A stretch of 64,000 nt of DNA from an uncultured Clostridia bacterium (GCA_944345365.1 CALVMJ010000003.1:30800-94799); one strand, 5' to 3'; positions 12,001-17,748 are shown, counted from the first letter of the stretch. Translations and numbers: made by a program. Notes: generated from the letters alone by a model not told the origin.

Positions 12001-12580
12001 TGGTGACGGATATATTAGTCAAGACACCACAACCAACACAAGCCCAACCAAAGGCACTGCCGGTGGCGCAGGTGGAACTGGAGGAAAAGCGGGAGAAGTT
12101 TCAGGTGTTAAAGATGTTTACAATGGGAAAACTTTGGTCGCAAACCCAGGTGCAAAAGGCTACGATGGAAACACCGGTCACGGGGGAGTTTGGATTAAAG
12201 GGATGATTGAGGAAAAATATGAAGATAAGAGTAGGCCAGGTGCTGAAATTAATAACCCCCATACATTAAAATACTCCGCTTATTATACAAAAGATAATAT
12301 ATTGTATAATGATTTAGACAGAAGCAGTAAACCCCAGAGTAAATGGATTACAAGACCAATAGGTGAGGAAGATAAAGATGTTTTATATGTTTACAAAAGA
12401 AAGGCATCCCTCAAAGAGAATTGGTCAAGCTGGAAAAAAATAAATAAAAATAGTTACTATGCTAGAGGGTGTACTACAGACGGTGGACTTGGACATATAA
12501 AAATACAATATTACATCCTAGTACCAGATGCCTCAGCTATAAGCGCTTCTGTTGGCGAGCAAGTTGCCAATGCTTCCTAG
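2..12580 (+). CDS. Giant modular surface protein, 5'-truncated by the window edge (at least 4,192 aa visible); GLUG-like beta-helix repeat modules, a beta-rich Y-x-Y-x-Y repeat region and a Gly-rich C-terminal segment
   Basis: The frame is open from nt 2, with no stop before the GTG at 173 used by the ORF track. The upstream residues (..VKVAGLAINNSGIIYNCEV..) continue the same repeat, so the true start lies left of the window. There are dozens of repeats such as YAGGIVGRQSNGEIRNCYN, IAGFVSTNSGTISDAYS and VGGIVATITGGKISNCVN, resembling the GLUG motif of large Gram-positive surface proteins. Stop TAG at 12578-12580 is followed by a hairpin terminator. Confidence 0.85.
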   Translation, partial: SPITTLKNIRVNYYYGGNLDVDVSQRGFSSVKVAGLAINNSGIIYNCEVVSFPYTPSVALPTKGNGEKEGLIVNLKSFDQDYTLSGNYDCQISGFVISNTGSITNSRVGGEEILELDEDVRETDTTVSATTRELDVFSVIGQGTIAGFVLQNSGDITASFAKQVEIQNNATNINLYTSGFVGSNSGRISTSFVQGKVNDSTNKNTSKTGCFDGTSISSAGYIAGFVSTNSGTISDAYSNILLQGKGNTGASYFSAGFVYSNAGVIKTCYSGCRIESSNISQSNFSGVDINGDSLNTGLIELSYYNGKTSGVTSGGIEDTLNTGVVMAQSLSSPTQFYGFTFASEVGANDGIWAFDEGVLTLTAPNQISFSHRACQGDGTPYVFPYAKINTDIQTDPKSHEYGGRNNPIIIRTAEEFKQAMGGADKSTNIGKFCQGGVITGSYRIVADINFAELNSLEGVAVVSSTKNSFAGILDGNGFEIKNISIGAGHEDHSLGLFSQIYEASVVNLKLNIVSITATTSGFVGGLAGLVYNGNLINIDITQTMPGENTDTTAFGVQGANVVGGVAGAVFGDSKLSHLAITDPIVQATFYDKDHYNNDFYVSNDKYADQKSIRGAVEANKNDNTKTFSQTALKNLTKHSQNYYLSNTSYAGGLVGYIDIYNTQQVNENVYTSSGLNDLDYKINNLRAFNTANIRGEVVGGLVGYSGTHSSIKDAGIILNRDKITSNILSYNSYVGGIVGYSSGTLKHLFAEHDKKIQDVIEDNYSKYYEGNEGVERGILDVFENTTSWDESVKHDYSPRYIGGLIGYARVGRLMSSYSKLNVISTVEGAISGGVIGKVGKPNPGDAFTVKANVDSTGISTTLYLEEVYASGDVAGKVTNDGITKLNAGGIIGELDPNARLTLTSVNAVNYFGALNYREADLKVSDGYRLSQIGIYAFVGKTNGAVINYSKPTLMGATDVNLGYIPEIITPNTPTPTPIKVLPFEGYVESGNNFKKLNALVNINSSETGYNEMSGAFLKSGNWSDLNWQHLKENPYPSLKFMNDSDVVYMDNYRESIENAFIQMKNGSKEIRVRGLSEDGTTLEDIDLREYSDLVQDYLPIAGFGGRFIGAWDKDGEKLENNEPKITLILPKTLFEDLYQGCVFEDLKIKFTQSAQFIDGDVNDTSFKNIQFDYSEVGGNIILNTTAVNNNQVHVGLIADKAISTSFEDIKLNFGEKVIQVKINTGAGESTDVFVGLLAGEIVQENKYQTLNISNVNISSKAGESDIFLSISSSEIGSTPKYNKIYAGLYAGKIWSNGTGNASINLALGNISSTESLQMNVSSNAEEIYAGGYFGEAFATKATMNNDQAINLAITILGACKSYVGGFIGNASINAGVTTGIGALESITTTISYNNQEEAYLGGLFGRFESAFSTISVNGAFINTTISPFKESTISGNANLGGIFGYIDNTSSLELTLTNPSTDDTDNNDLTSNITYNEAGSAETNIGGIAGYISTDGFSLNADKISSVINTIAGTSTTNKISLNAGLMFGKKENGRDPFIVGNSGGGLNVTGGIYGGTSKDANLGGIVGANFGTIRTAEDKDKNSSISIDLEIGASSEFNDDITNSKIDNSYSFNSFKAKSANVGGVIGYNTSNATIFKVDINSASRVELSTSNATSIGGAIGFTSGAVTLGQKLFTNEGLFALTNTGSDTTYFGGVVGQVNSGSAEIGTSTGNTVSAYVTSNFFVDAKNVVAGGIVGSLGSGGIYNAVYGGAVKSYGTENKSTHTFGGIVGIAYSKTKIGNNASFGDDIVTYSTNFSSISTYIFGGIVGQNDGATVSGNYSLTTPNNDKISGTDSRGAINGSSVTATSSRANTKAGSDNLYSHTVTLSTDENGDDVGYMTAYEASDTARGYNGSVNYAILAEVIKNKIESINDESVTTTFPSGHKLNPINLSSETPETTSTGEGGSETPSEYGLNGVIYYYFGNDETNDISSKVDSIDNHDLKLAIIGNARVIKYVSISKSLLSSLSQNEIISGMNVNVDVNFDSSADTGGLVATMTGGTIYAVALSGNVSIGGTGVLNVGAMVGNMSAGLIDESNSSVDVIYRAGLKEPEEDKEGKLGTVSGFATTSGGTNKYIRNSYSTGRVSSYIDAKIYAFANGTFKNGSGLTLNNCYTISQVDWNDHTSTAQGTGTLGVFGKASKTNCWYDLQATEVEEDEDDETSQPEEATGWTTSDNFNYGYPTRKFGYLKQSSYAKLNGTTTTGGSDSEKSTTTGGSDSGKSTTKTTYTRLAWNSSSYGTANYIIIPNATKLSQVTTPTTTSTSNRYVLWYDIDLNKAGSTSLSLGTIASGGIFDGQEHTISNGTKTLFSSISGEVKNLRLTDFNITSNNNTGILAGSSSGKIDNVIVKGALSGRGRFGGIVGLLSGGEISNCKNYAKIDTSATRVGGIVATITGGKISNCVNYGPINCTSISTSYAGGIAGYMSSGTISNCGNTNSVLAGYTTTENVSYYAGGIVGRQSNGEIRNCYNTAMVKAGNKNSTSPSYAGGIVGRSSGSLTGEFYNSGVIEALGMNGPWTATASTDGNQVTILTTNGVNVYAGAIAGNTEVSGTNHGTIIRNGVYNANSRDLSVWWNNVKRSGTYNGATVETNNYKANITGYDDLGYPTSVCVTASRTISVGSVPIVSGQTIISETIRIDTYYHQSKIEGSTENEIPEGIQTLMNKADESGDKPQGVTISGEKYQIVTDKNSFENAVKGNYREAGFDVYLTKVFSNYGALSKAGYKFSVDLATVSSNKTNVTVQSAYLSEPDSEGKSTLTVGYVCNSTEDVAGITFNYSVTATKAEETITVTVGANNWFDKSVSLENGTIDYIYWLYVGDDTVTEDEKTIYPSDYMNEGESYDVKIGENTYAGTYKSAGKFLEIEPDNKIKVSEGTSITYTYLKTDVVVSSSSYYVEEVSEESNSNFTNIIEEIEEYYTSGSDYLVLTKSYEPGQETYGRTFLLNVRSEDGSLEIDNFDKGKYIGAFVSDALETISIGYNSDLTTITVSEDNWVDPIFGRDYYSFKDIPLYDQYGGKRNFNLFLFPESDRYELLIGGYWDDEYIVNIGIKGGLKIEYTFDPGAYTKTFVGDNQTHSLKNNPVYGSDGTGNSYGVYQKDGITYLGTEYFYNGALSVTYSKWYRMDKINTTHTFTKEKDSFAVYEISDNYGNYVVQTDNSTNKSCVVNYNFNYSKLVLENDSETIIGEKNKIIINGTTYEYSVDEEGILTLTGGGAPVSGEVGEETDKYGNPLATITIGGIKYQYIYNENIITNDNPLVITFKKTEYKLKHDAQNMQTTPSITYETGKGLIDSQKTITYTTTIPKSEYVVGQTEFNVTLIEDYVELNEFYSGQNGSITIGTKTYSYSYDEATGITLTFEGSPITESDGKLNIDGNEYDYSYNTESATKDLMMFRVVATGSKGKISIEESTYNYQTLNERAVFEKDGVLTEPFTDETTGMTTVTLGGKTYLVSTAQNRTPIGTSEDTTNGYYAVDTSGDYIKIIVYTPTCSYLPYSIEAEITGLKGKQTTVTAVIVNTTQAIPNNDFVNSIKIGEEDIKTDTSTKLDSDTTINPTVKREGDNLVFTAGERDVSYDVVFGYNEYNGKNEAMVFVGTKATDDDKEIVTGEATLNENKYNWSYAEGKLTFNDIEQSTNLIVLGDKSYLWEFNSEENSLKMLLVDIKLTGETTFEPEASPAGVILAGDINFGIKTEANLIELKGLSLSGNGYFLNYFKQDGSFMCFDESTNKFIKDVNFAGNLLVKKSGSHAFAIGSGGTPTIKNIAGFGSISVVASQSNVNQTEYLLTSVTSKVSNTSSYVNYSAFNDEYYGNNLFGSTHKKGYVCSFTGINKNYGVIIGFDGKDGVNESTYSSVSKVYEGDDGREDSIINVNGKTFEYYISKQDGKIYIYIKETGKDIYTRTSDGAIMPINNRRFEIKISTSGGIALTTFGCIHDSSNDYRGADGQSFDLTNITNYGIIKAGNGGNGGRGGDGYISQDTTTNTSPTKGTAGGAGGTGGKAGEVSGVKDVYNGKTLVANPGAKGYDGNTGHGGVWIKGMIEEKYEDKSRPGAEINNPHTLKYSAYYTKDNILYNDLDRSSKPQSKWITRPIGEEDKDVLYVYKRKASLKENWSSWKKINKNSYYARGCTTDGGLGHIKIQYYILVPDASAISASVGEQVANAS

Positions 12581-12730
12581 TTTAGGCTTAGGTTGAATAA
12601 AACTTCGACAAATTAAGATTTGCTAATTATTATATTTATTGACAAAGTGAATAGACTAAGCAAAGTTATTTAAATTTTAATTAAGCTAAATTATCTAAGC
12701 AAATTGAGTTATGAGAAATTGTTAAAAAAA

Positions 12731-12778
12731 GCACACGAGGATAAGGTTTTGGGGGCCTTAATCTTCGTGTGTTTTTTT
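12731..12778 (+). terminator. Rho-independent terminator after giant gene 1
   Basis: GCACACGAGGATAAGG ... CCTTAATCTTCGTGTG imperfect stem followed by TTTTTTT. Confidence 0.6.
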
Positions 12779-13043
12779 GTTGTTAATAGTTAATTTTTTG
12801 TTGACAATTATTTTCTTTTAGGTTTTTTGTTTTGTTATTTTGGTTGCTGTGTTTTTGACTGAAAAAGGAAGGAAAATAATTTTTAATTGATTAGAATTTA
12901 ATTTTTGTTTTAGTTAGATTAAGATATCAAAGACAGCTTGTATATAAAATTTGGTGGTAACAAAAGATATTTTTCTATCCTTTTATTAAAACTATCAAAA
13001 TTATTTGTTAAATTTGTCGAATTATGCTAAAATTTTTGTGAAT

Positions 13044-13760
13044 ATGAGTGAGGAAAAGAAGAAGAAACCTATTGATGAATCTCGCATACACGAGGGGCAT
13101 AGGCAAAGACTTTTAAAGACGGTTATGGAGGCAGGTTTTTCTAATGTCAGTGAAGTTCAAGCGATGGAGTTCATTCTTTTTTACATTTTTCCAAGGGGAG
13201 ATGTAAATCCTCTTGCACACAGGCTATTGCACGAGTTTGGGAGCGTTGCCAATGTTTTGGAAGCAGATGTTAATTCCTTAAAAGAAATAAAGGGAATGGG
13301 AGAGAGATCGGCTTGCTCACTTAAAATGCTTGGTGAGATGTTTTTCTATTACACTCAAAATAAGTTATCCAAGAAAATTGTTTTAAAGAATTATCAAGCG
13401 ATAACCGATTATTTTGATGAGATGTTGAGGTTTTGCAACACCGAAATTTTTGTTGTTGTGGCGCTTGACTCCTCTTTTAATTTAACACATAAAAAAGTTT
13501 TGGCGAAAGGATCGGCAAGAGATGTGGGAATAAGTCCTATGTCGATCGCAAACTTTATTTCAAGTTCCAATCCGGCATTTGTTCTTTTTGCACATAATCA
13601 CCCTGGTGGAAGTGCAAAGGCTTCGACACAAGATGTTAATTCTAATAACAGCTTGTCTAACTTAGTTGAGTATTTGGGAGTTAAATTTGTTGATCATATT
13701 ATCGTTGGAAAAGACGGGATTTACAGCATTAAGAAAGACGAATTTTTAAGAAATTTTTAG
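13044..13760 (+). CDS. radC: RadC-family JAB/MPN-domain protein
   Basis: JAMM-type motif FAHNHPGGSAKASTQD near the C-terminus. N-terminal helix-hairpin-helix-like segment LLHEFGSVANVLEADVNSLKEIKGMGERSA. ATG 13044 is preferred over the TTG at 13005, because TTGTTA (13005-13010) and TGcTAAAAT (13025-13033) look like its promoter. That would make the mRNA nearly leaderless. Confidence 0.8.
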   Translation: MSEEKKKKPIDESRIHEGHRQRLLKTVMEAGFSNVSEVQAMEFILFYIFPRGDVNPLAHRLLHEFGSVANVLEADVNSLKEIKGMGERSACSLKMLGEMFFYYTQNKLSKKIVLKNYQAITDYFDEMLRFCNTEIFVVVALDSSFNLTHKKVLAKGSARDVGISPMSIANFISSSNPAFVLFAHNHPGGSAKASTQDVNSNNSLSNLVEYLGVKFVDHIIVGKDGIYSIKKDEFLRNF

Positions 13761-14107
13761 ATAAATTTTTGAATAATGCTCCCTATCAGAGCACCTATAA
13801 ACCCCATTAGAAGAGAGAGTATTGGGATTATTATGGGAAGTTTGCTTTTTTTGATTTTCTTTGTTTCGTTTTCTTCATTAGCCCTTGGCAAAATGCAAAG
13901 GCAATAGACATTTTCGTCGTCATATTTTATTGAAATGTAGTCTTGTCTTTCGAGGTAGGAAGTGATATGGTCAAGTTCTTCAAATTCGCACCTATATTTT
14001 CCCGGCAAAGAAGATATGACATCGCTTTTGTCGATGATTTTATATCCACCGTTTTTACATTCTTTTTTTAATATTTTTAAAATCAAATTTGATTTTAAGT
14101 CTAACAT
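13757..14107 (-). CDS. Small membrane-anchored protein, winged-helix-like N-domain plus one C-terminal TM helix (paralog of 14608-14964)
   Basis: 116 aa. C-terminal hydrophobic helix LPIIIPILSLLMGFIGALIGSIIQKFI. The N-domain aligns by eye with the 118-aa ORF at 14608 (L-x-L-K-x-C ... ELD-x-I ... Y-[VI] ... Y-x-C-[VL]-x-L). No obvious Shine-Dalgarno sequence. Confidence 0.55.
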   Translation of the reverse strand: MLDLKSNLILKILKKECKNGGYKIIDKSDVISSLPGKYRCEFEELDHITSYLERQDYISIKYDDENVYCLCILPRANEENETKKIKKSKLPIIIPILSLLMGFIGALIGSIIQKFI

Positions 14108-14212
14108 AGAAATAGTATTTGTTATTTTTATTTTTTTAATCTTTTTTGTTTTTTGGTATTGTAATTTTTTGATAATTGGTATATAATAAAAACATACAAA
14201 GGAGGAAATAAA

Positions 14213-14449
14213 ATGGAGAAAAAATTTGTAGATGAAAAATATTTAAACAATATTGTTGAACAAATAAAAAATATAGAGATTTCAGATCTTGTATATGGGG
14301 ATATGTTAAGGCTTGACAAATTTTTTGATGAAGTTGATAAAGCTCTTGAAGAAAGAAAACATAAATATGAGGAAGAAAAAAGAATTTATGGAGAGAAACG
14401 AAGAGAAGAAATTGAAGACAATAGTGAACGTCCTTATTGGCAACGATAG
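14213..14449 (+). CDS. Small highly charged hypothetical protein (78 aa)
   Basis: Strong RBS AAGGAGG 7 nt upstream of the ATG. Lys/Glu-rich predicted helical sequence. Followed by a hairpin cluster with U-tracts. Confidence 0.6.
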   Translation: MEKKFVDEKYLNNIVEQIKNIEISDLVYGDMLRLDKFFDEVDKALEERKHKYEEEKRIYGEKRREEIEDNSERPYWQR

Positions 14450-14469
14450 GGTTAAAGAGTAATTTTTAC

Positions 14470-14557
14470 GGGCAGAGCATTGCCCTTTTTAAAAGGGCGG
14501 AAATTGCAAGCAATTTCCAAAGTTGCAAGTCTTGCAACTTAATGCTCTGCTTTTTTT
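14470..14557 (+). terminator. Compound hairpin element: short terminator nested in a larger four-helix structure ending in U7
   Basis: GGGCA/TGCCC hairpin plus T5 (14470-14490). GCAGAGCATT (14472-14481) is also the exact complement of AATGCTCTGC (14541-14550). That long-range stem encloses three perfect hairpins (GCCCTTTT/AAAAGGGC, GGAAATTG/CAATTTCC, AGTTGCA/TGCAACT) and is followed by TTTTTTT (14551-14557). Confidence 0.6.
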
Positions 14558-14607
14558 AATGGAATATTCCTTTTCTTTCTTGGAAATAATTTCATTGAGG
14601 TTGTTTT

Positions 14608-14964
14608 TTGGGGAGGAAGGAAAAGTATGTTTTAAGATATTTATGCAAGGTATGCACAAAAAAAAGAACATACCTTATTTCTCCTCATGACATTGCAAAA
14701 AATCTTTCGAAATATTTTGTTTTGTCAATTTCTGAGTTAGATGAAATCATGGCAACTCTTTCCAATTTGAATTACGTTGATTTTATCGTTTCAGAAAGCA
14801 AAAATGATTATTTTTATTGTGTTACATTAAAAAAGAAAGGACAAACCTTTGAGGCAGAGTTAAAAAACCAAAAAAAAGATTTTGTTATTTTAATTTTACG
14901 AACACTGTTTTTGGCTGTTATAAGCTTTGTTTTTGGCCTTGTCTTAAAGGCGATATTTACTTAA
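14608..14964 (+). CDS. Small membrane-anchored protein, winged-helix-like N-domain plus C-terminal TM helix (paralog of 13757-14107)
   Basis: 118 aa, TTG start with GAGG 7 nt upstream. C-terminal hydrophobic segment FVILILRTLFLAVISFVFGLVLKAIF. Similar in sequence and architecture to the 116-aa ORF on the opposite strand. Confidence 0.55.
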   Translation: MGRKEKYVLRYLCKVCTKKRTYLISPHDIAKNLSKYFVLSISELDEIMATLSNLNYVDFIVSESKNDYFYCVTLKKKGQTFEAELKNQKKDFVILILRTLFLAVISFVFGLVLKAIFT

Positions 14965-14989
14965 AACAGATTGACTTTTTGGGGATTTA

Positions 14990-15793
14990 ATGCTAAAATT
15001 CTTTGGTATGAGAATTATTAACTTAGCATCTGGTTCTGATGGGAATTTAACATATTTAGAAACTGACAATATCAAACTTTTGGTTGATATTGGTCTGTGT
15101 TGCTCAGAAGTTGTTAAAAGACTGGCATTATTAAATGTTTGTCCGGAGCAAATTGACGCAGTTTTAGTTTCGCACGAGCACTCTGATCATATTAAGGGCG
15201 CTGATGTTTTTTGCAGTAGATATAATAAGCCAATTTATGCTCATTACGAAGTTTGGAAAGGACTTGATGAGAAATTGAAAAAGATCCCTGACAGTAATAA
15301 AAAAATGTTTGAGTACGAAAGTTTTTTGCTAAAAGACTTAACTATTATTCCTTTTAGTTTGCCTCACGATGTCCCTTGTTTTGGGTTTGCTTTTGAAAAT
15401 AATTTAAAAAAGGTTAGTATTTTAACAGATTTGGGGCATACTAATAACAGAATACTTGAATGTGTTCAGGGAAGTCAGGTCGTTTACATAGAGGCAAATT
15501 ATGACAAAGAGATGTTGGGGAAAAACGAAAAGTATCCGTTGATTTTGAAGCGAAGAATTGCTGGGAAAAACGGGCATCTTTCAAATGAAGACTCAGCGTG
15601 TGCTATTGCCAACCTTGTTTATGGAGGAACAAGGCAAGTTATTCTTTCACATTTAAGCAGAGAAAACAATTCTCCAAAAACAGCCTTTGATACTGTTGTG
15701 AGAGAGTTAAAGAAACTTGGCATTGTTGAGGGGGTTCATGTGAGAATTGATGTTGCTACAAATTTGCCGGGGGTTATTTTTAAATTAGTTTAA
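14990..15793 (+). CDS. MBL-fold metallo-hydrolase, YycJ/WalJ-like
   Basis: Metallo-beta-lactamase motif VSHEHSDHIKG, N-terminal LASGSDGN and C-terminal NGHLSNE, all typical of YycJ-type proteins. It is followed by an HtrA-type protease, as in the Bacillus yycJ-yycK arrangement. An alternative start is ATG 15008. Confidence 0.8.
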   Translation: MLKFFGMRIINLASGSDGNLTYLETDNIKLLVDIGLCCSEVVKRLALLNVCPEQIDAVLVSHEHSDHIKGADVFCSRYNKPIYAHYEVWKGLDEKLKKIPDSNKKMFEYESFLLKDLTIIPFSLPHDVPCFGFAFENNLKKVSILTDLGHTNNRILECVQGSQVVYIEANYDKEMLGKNEKYPLILKRRIAGKNGHLSNEDSACAIANLVYGGTRQVILSHLSRENNSPKTAFDTVVRELKKLGIVEGVHVRIDVATNLPGVIFKLV

Positions 15794-15825
15794 GTCAAAC
15801 GATTTGTCTTCATAAAGGGAGGGTT

Positions 15826-16848
15826 ATGAAAAACAAAAGTTTGATTTTTTTAATGATTGCTTTTTCACTTTTAACAGGGTGTTCAAGTGGCAAATATGAT
15901 GGCTATGCTGATCCGAATGTTGATATGAGCGTAAGGGAAATAGTTCCAACGAACACTGGGGACATTTATAAAATTCTAAATGAAGCAAAAAGTGCTGTTG
16001 TTGGGATTTCGGTTGAGCTAGATAACGGCTATGCTGTTGGAAGTGGTGTGGCGATAAGTGCTGGAGGATATATCTTGACAAATTTCCATGTTGTTGAGGG
16101 AGGAAGTTCGATAACGCTTTATTATGCCGATAAAACCACTGGAAGCGCAAGCGTTTTGTGGGCAGATTCAGGTATGGATATGGCTGTCTTAAAATCTTCG
16201 AGAGAAATCCCATATCTTTCCACTGCGATACTTGATGAGGTTGTTGTTGGAGAAGATGTTTATGCAATTGGAACGCCTTTGACTTTGGAATTTAAGCACA
16301 CTGTGACAAAGGGAATTGTTAGTGCCCTTGACAGAACACTAGAAACTCAAAGTGCTTATGGTAGCAGTTATCTTCAAAGCTTGGTTCAACATGATGCAAG
16401 CATAAATCCCGGAAATAGTGGAGGGCCACTTATAAATTCACTGGGGCAAGTAATTGGCCTTAACACTTTAAAAGCAAGTGAGGGAGAGGGTATTGCTTTT
16501 GCGATTCCTATTGAGATAGGTAAAATTGTAGTAGAAAAAATTGCAAAGGACAATTCCTATAAAACTCCATATCTTGGAATCTTTGCTTTTGATTCCGATT
16601 TGGCAAGGGTGTATGGTGAAACACTTGAAGAAAAGGGAGTTTATGTAGTTTCAACATTAGGTAAAGCAAAGGAAGCAGGTATAATAAAAGGGGATATTAT
16701 AACAGAGGTAGATGGAGAAAAAATAAAAGATATGCTTGATTTTCGTGCCTGCATATTTAAGAAAAACATAGGCGAGACAATTAGTGTAAAATTCGTAAGA
16801 GAAAGCCAAGAAAAAACAGCTAATATTTTGTTAACAGAAAGAGCATAA
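15826..16848 (+). CDS. htrA: HtrA/DegP-family trypsin-like serine protease with C-terminal PDZ domain, predicted lipoprotein
   Basis: Catalytic-serine motif GNSGGPLIN, the His region ILTNFHVV, and a PDZ-like C-terminus (GIIKGDIITEVDGEKI). N-terminal signal peptide with lipobox LLTGC. RBS GGGAGG. Confidence 0.85.
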   Translation: MKNKSLIFLMIAFSLLTGCSSGKYDGYADPNVDMSVREIVPTNTGDIYKILNEAKSAVVGISVELDNGYAVGSGVAISAGGYILTNFHVVEGGSSITLYYADKTTGSASVLWADSGMDMAVLKSSREIPYLSTAILDEVVVGEDVYAIGTPLTLEFKHTVTKGIVSALDRTLETQSAYGSSYLQSLVQHDASINPGNSGGPLINSLGQVIGLNTLKASEGEGIAFAIPIEIGKIVVEKIAKDNSYKTPYLGIFAFDSDLARVYGETLEEKGVYVVSTLGKAKEAGIIKGDIITEVDGEKIKDMLDFRACIFKKNIGETISVKFVRESQEKTANILLTERA

Positions 16849-17041
16849 TCATTTTTAGAAATTTGTATAAAAAGCTTAACTAAATAAATTTGATAGTTAA
16901 GTTTTTTTATATGTCTTTAATCATTCCTAAATAGTAGGAAACTAAACTTCTTCATTATTCTCACTTATTCAACAAAAGTATACTATAATTCTTTTAAGCA
17001 AAAAAAGCATATTAAATTAAAATGTTTACAGGAGATATGTT

Positions 17042-17713
17042 ATGAGCTTAAATAATAGAATTGTTCTTGTACTAATTGGAATATTTTCATTTTTGGGGAT
17101 TTTGATGTTTGTAGGTTGCTCAGTCGATGCCTCTGTTTTAGCAAGGAAAAATATTTCAGAAATTGTTGATACATATTTTTGTGGAACCGGAGATTTTAAT
17201 GTAAGCATAAGCTCAGGAAAAAGAGAAGATCCCTATAAATATGATGGAAAAAAAGGTAATTTACAAGAGTTTTCTGTAATTGAAATGAGCGTGTCATCAC
17301 AATTTAGTGAAATTGAGGTGGAAATTATTGTTAACGAAGAAGTTTTAAAACAAATTCTTTCCTTAAATATCATTACCGGAAGATATATTGCTGAATTAGA
17401 AAAAATAGTTAGGGCTGATGACAAAGTTTCTGTTAAATATAAAAATATCCAAGTCGATTTGGTTTGTAGATCTAATGAATTTATTATTGGCAGTGAAAAG
17501 GCACTCGAATTAGGGATAAATGAATTTAATGAGGAAATTAAAAAACTTGTAAGCCAAAATGAGTTTTTGGGAGAATGTTATCTAAGAGTTCTTGACAGGG
17601 CGGAGGATAACTTTGAGAATATTTTTTGGTATTTTTATATTTTTGCAGAAAATAAAACAACTTATTCTTGTGTGATAAGTGTTATGACAGGAGAAATTGT
17701 TGTGAGGAATTAG
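17042..17713 (+). CDS. Hypothetical lipoprotein (223 aa)
   Basis: Signal peptide with the lipobox-like MFVGC, and RBS AGGAG. The C-terminal end (..YSCVISVMTGEIVVRN) is reminiscent of PepSY-type domains, but that is a weak impression only. Confidence 0.6.
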   Translation: MSLNNRIVLVLIGIFSFLGILMFVGCSVDASVLARKNISEIVDTYFCGTGDFNVSISSGKREDPYKYDGKKGNLQEFSVIEMSVSSQFSEIEVEIIVNEEVLKQILSLNIITGRYIAELEKIVRADDKVSVKYKNIQVDLVCRSNEFIIGSEKALELGINEFNEEIKKLVSQNEFLGECYLRVLDRAEDNFENIFWYFYIFAENKTTYSCVISVMTGEIVVRN

Positions 17714-17748
17714 TTTGAAAAAATTAAGTTTTGTGCTAAAATATTATT

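Noticed and set aside
255-12206. Numerous 60-120-aa ORFs in alternative frames and strands inside giant gene 1 (for example 255-593, 6874-7236, 10685-10993, 11880-12206)
   Set aside because: They are fully nested in a long, clearly coding frame with a consistent repeat structure. They have no RBS and biased, low-complexity translations. They are shadow ORFs. The same reasoning applies to nested ORFs in giant gene 2, rpoB, rpoC, uvrA, uvrC and xfp.
12206-13043. Reading the giant protein 1 C-terminus as a polymorphic toxin with a downstream immunity gene
   Set aside because: The next gene is 460 nt away, lies behind a terminator and has its own promoter. It is a recognisable radC. There is no small tightly linked ORF that could serve as an immunity protein.
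13962-14319. 74-aa (+) and 63-aa (-) ORFs in the divergent region around 14108-14212
   Set aside because: They overlap the better-supported 116-aa and 78-aa genes and the AT-rich promoter region. Their Phe/Ile/Lys-rich translations are typical of AT-rich noise.
15824-16267. 147-aa minus-strand ORF antisense to htrA
   Set aside because: It has a His/Gln/Leu-rich composition typical of an antisense translation of a coding region. It has no RBS and overlaps a gene with clear catalytic motifs.
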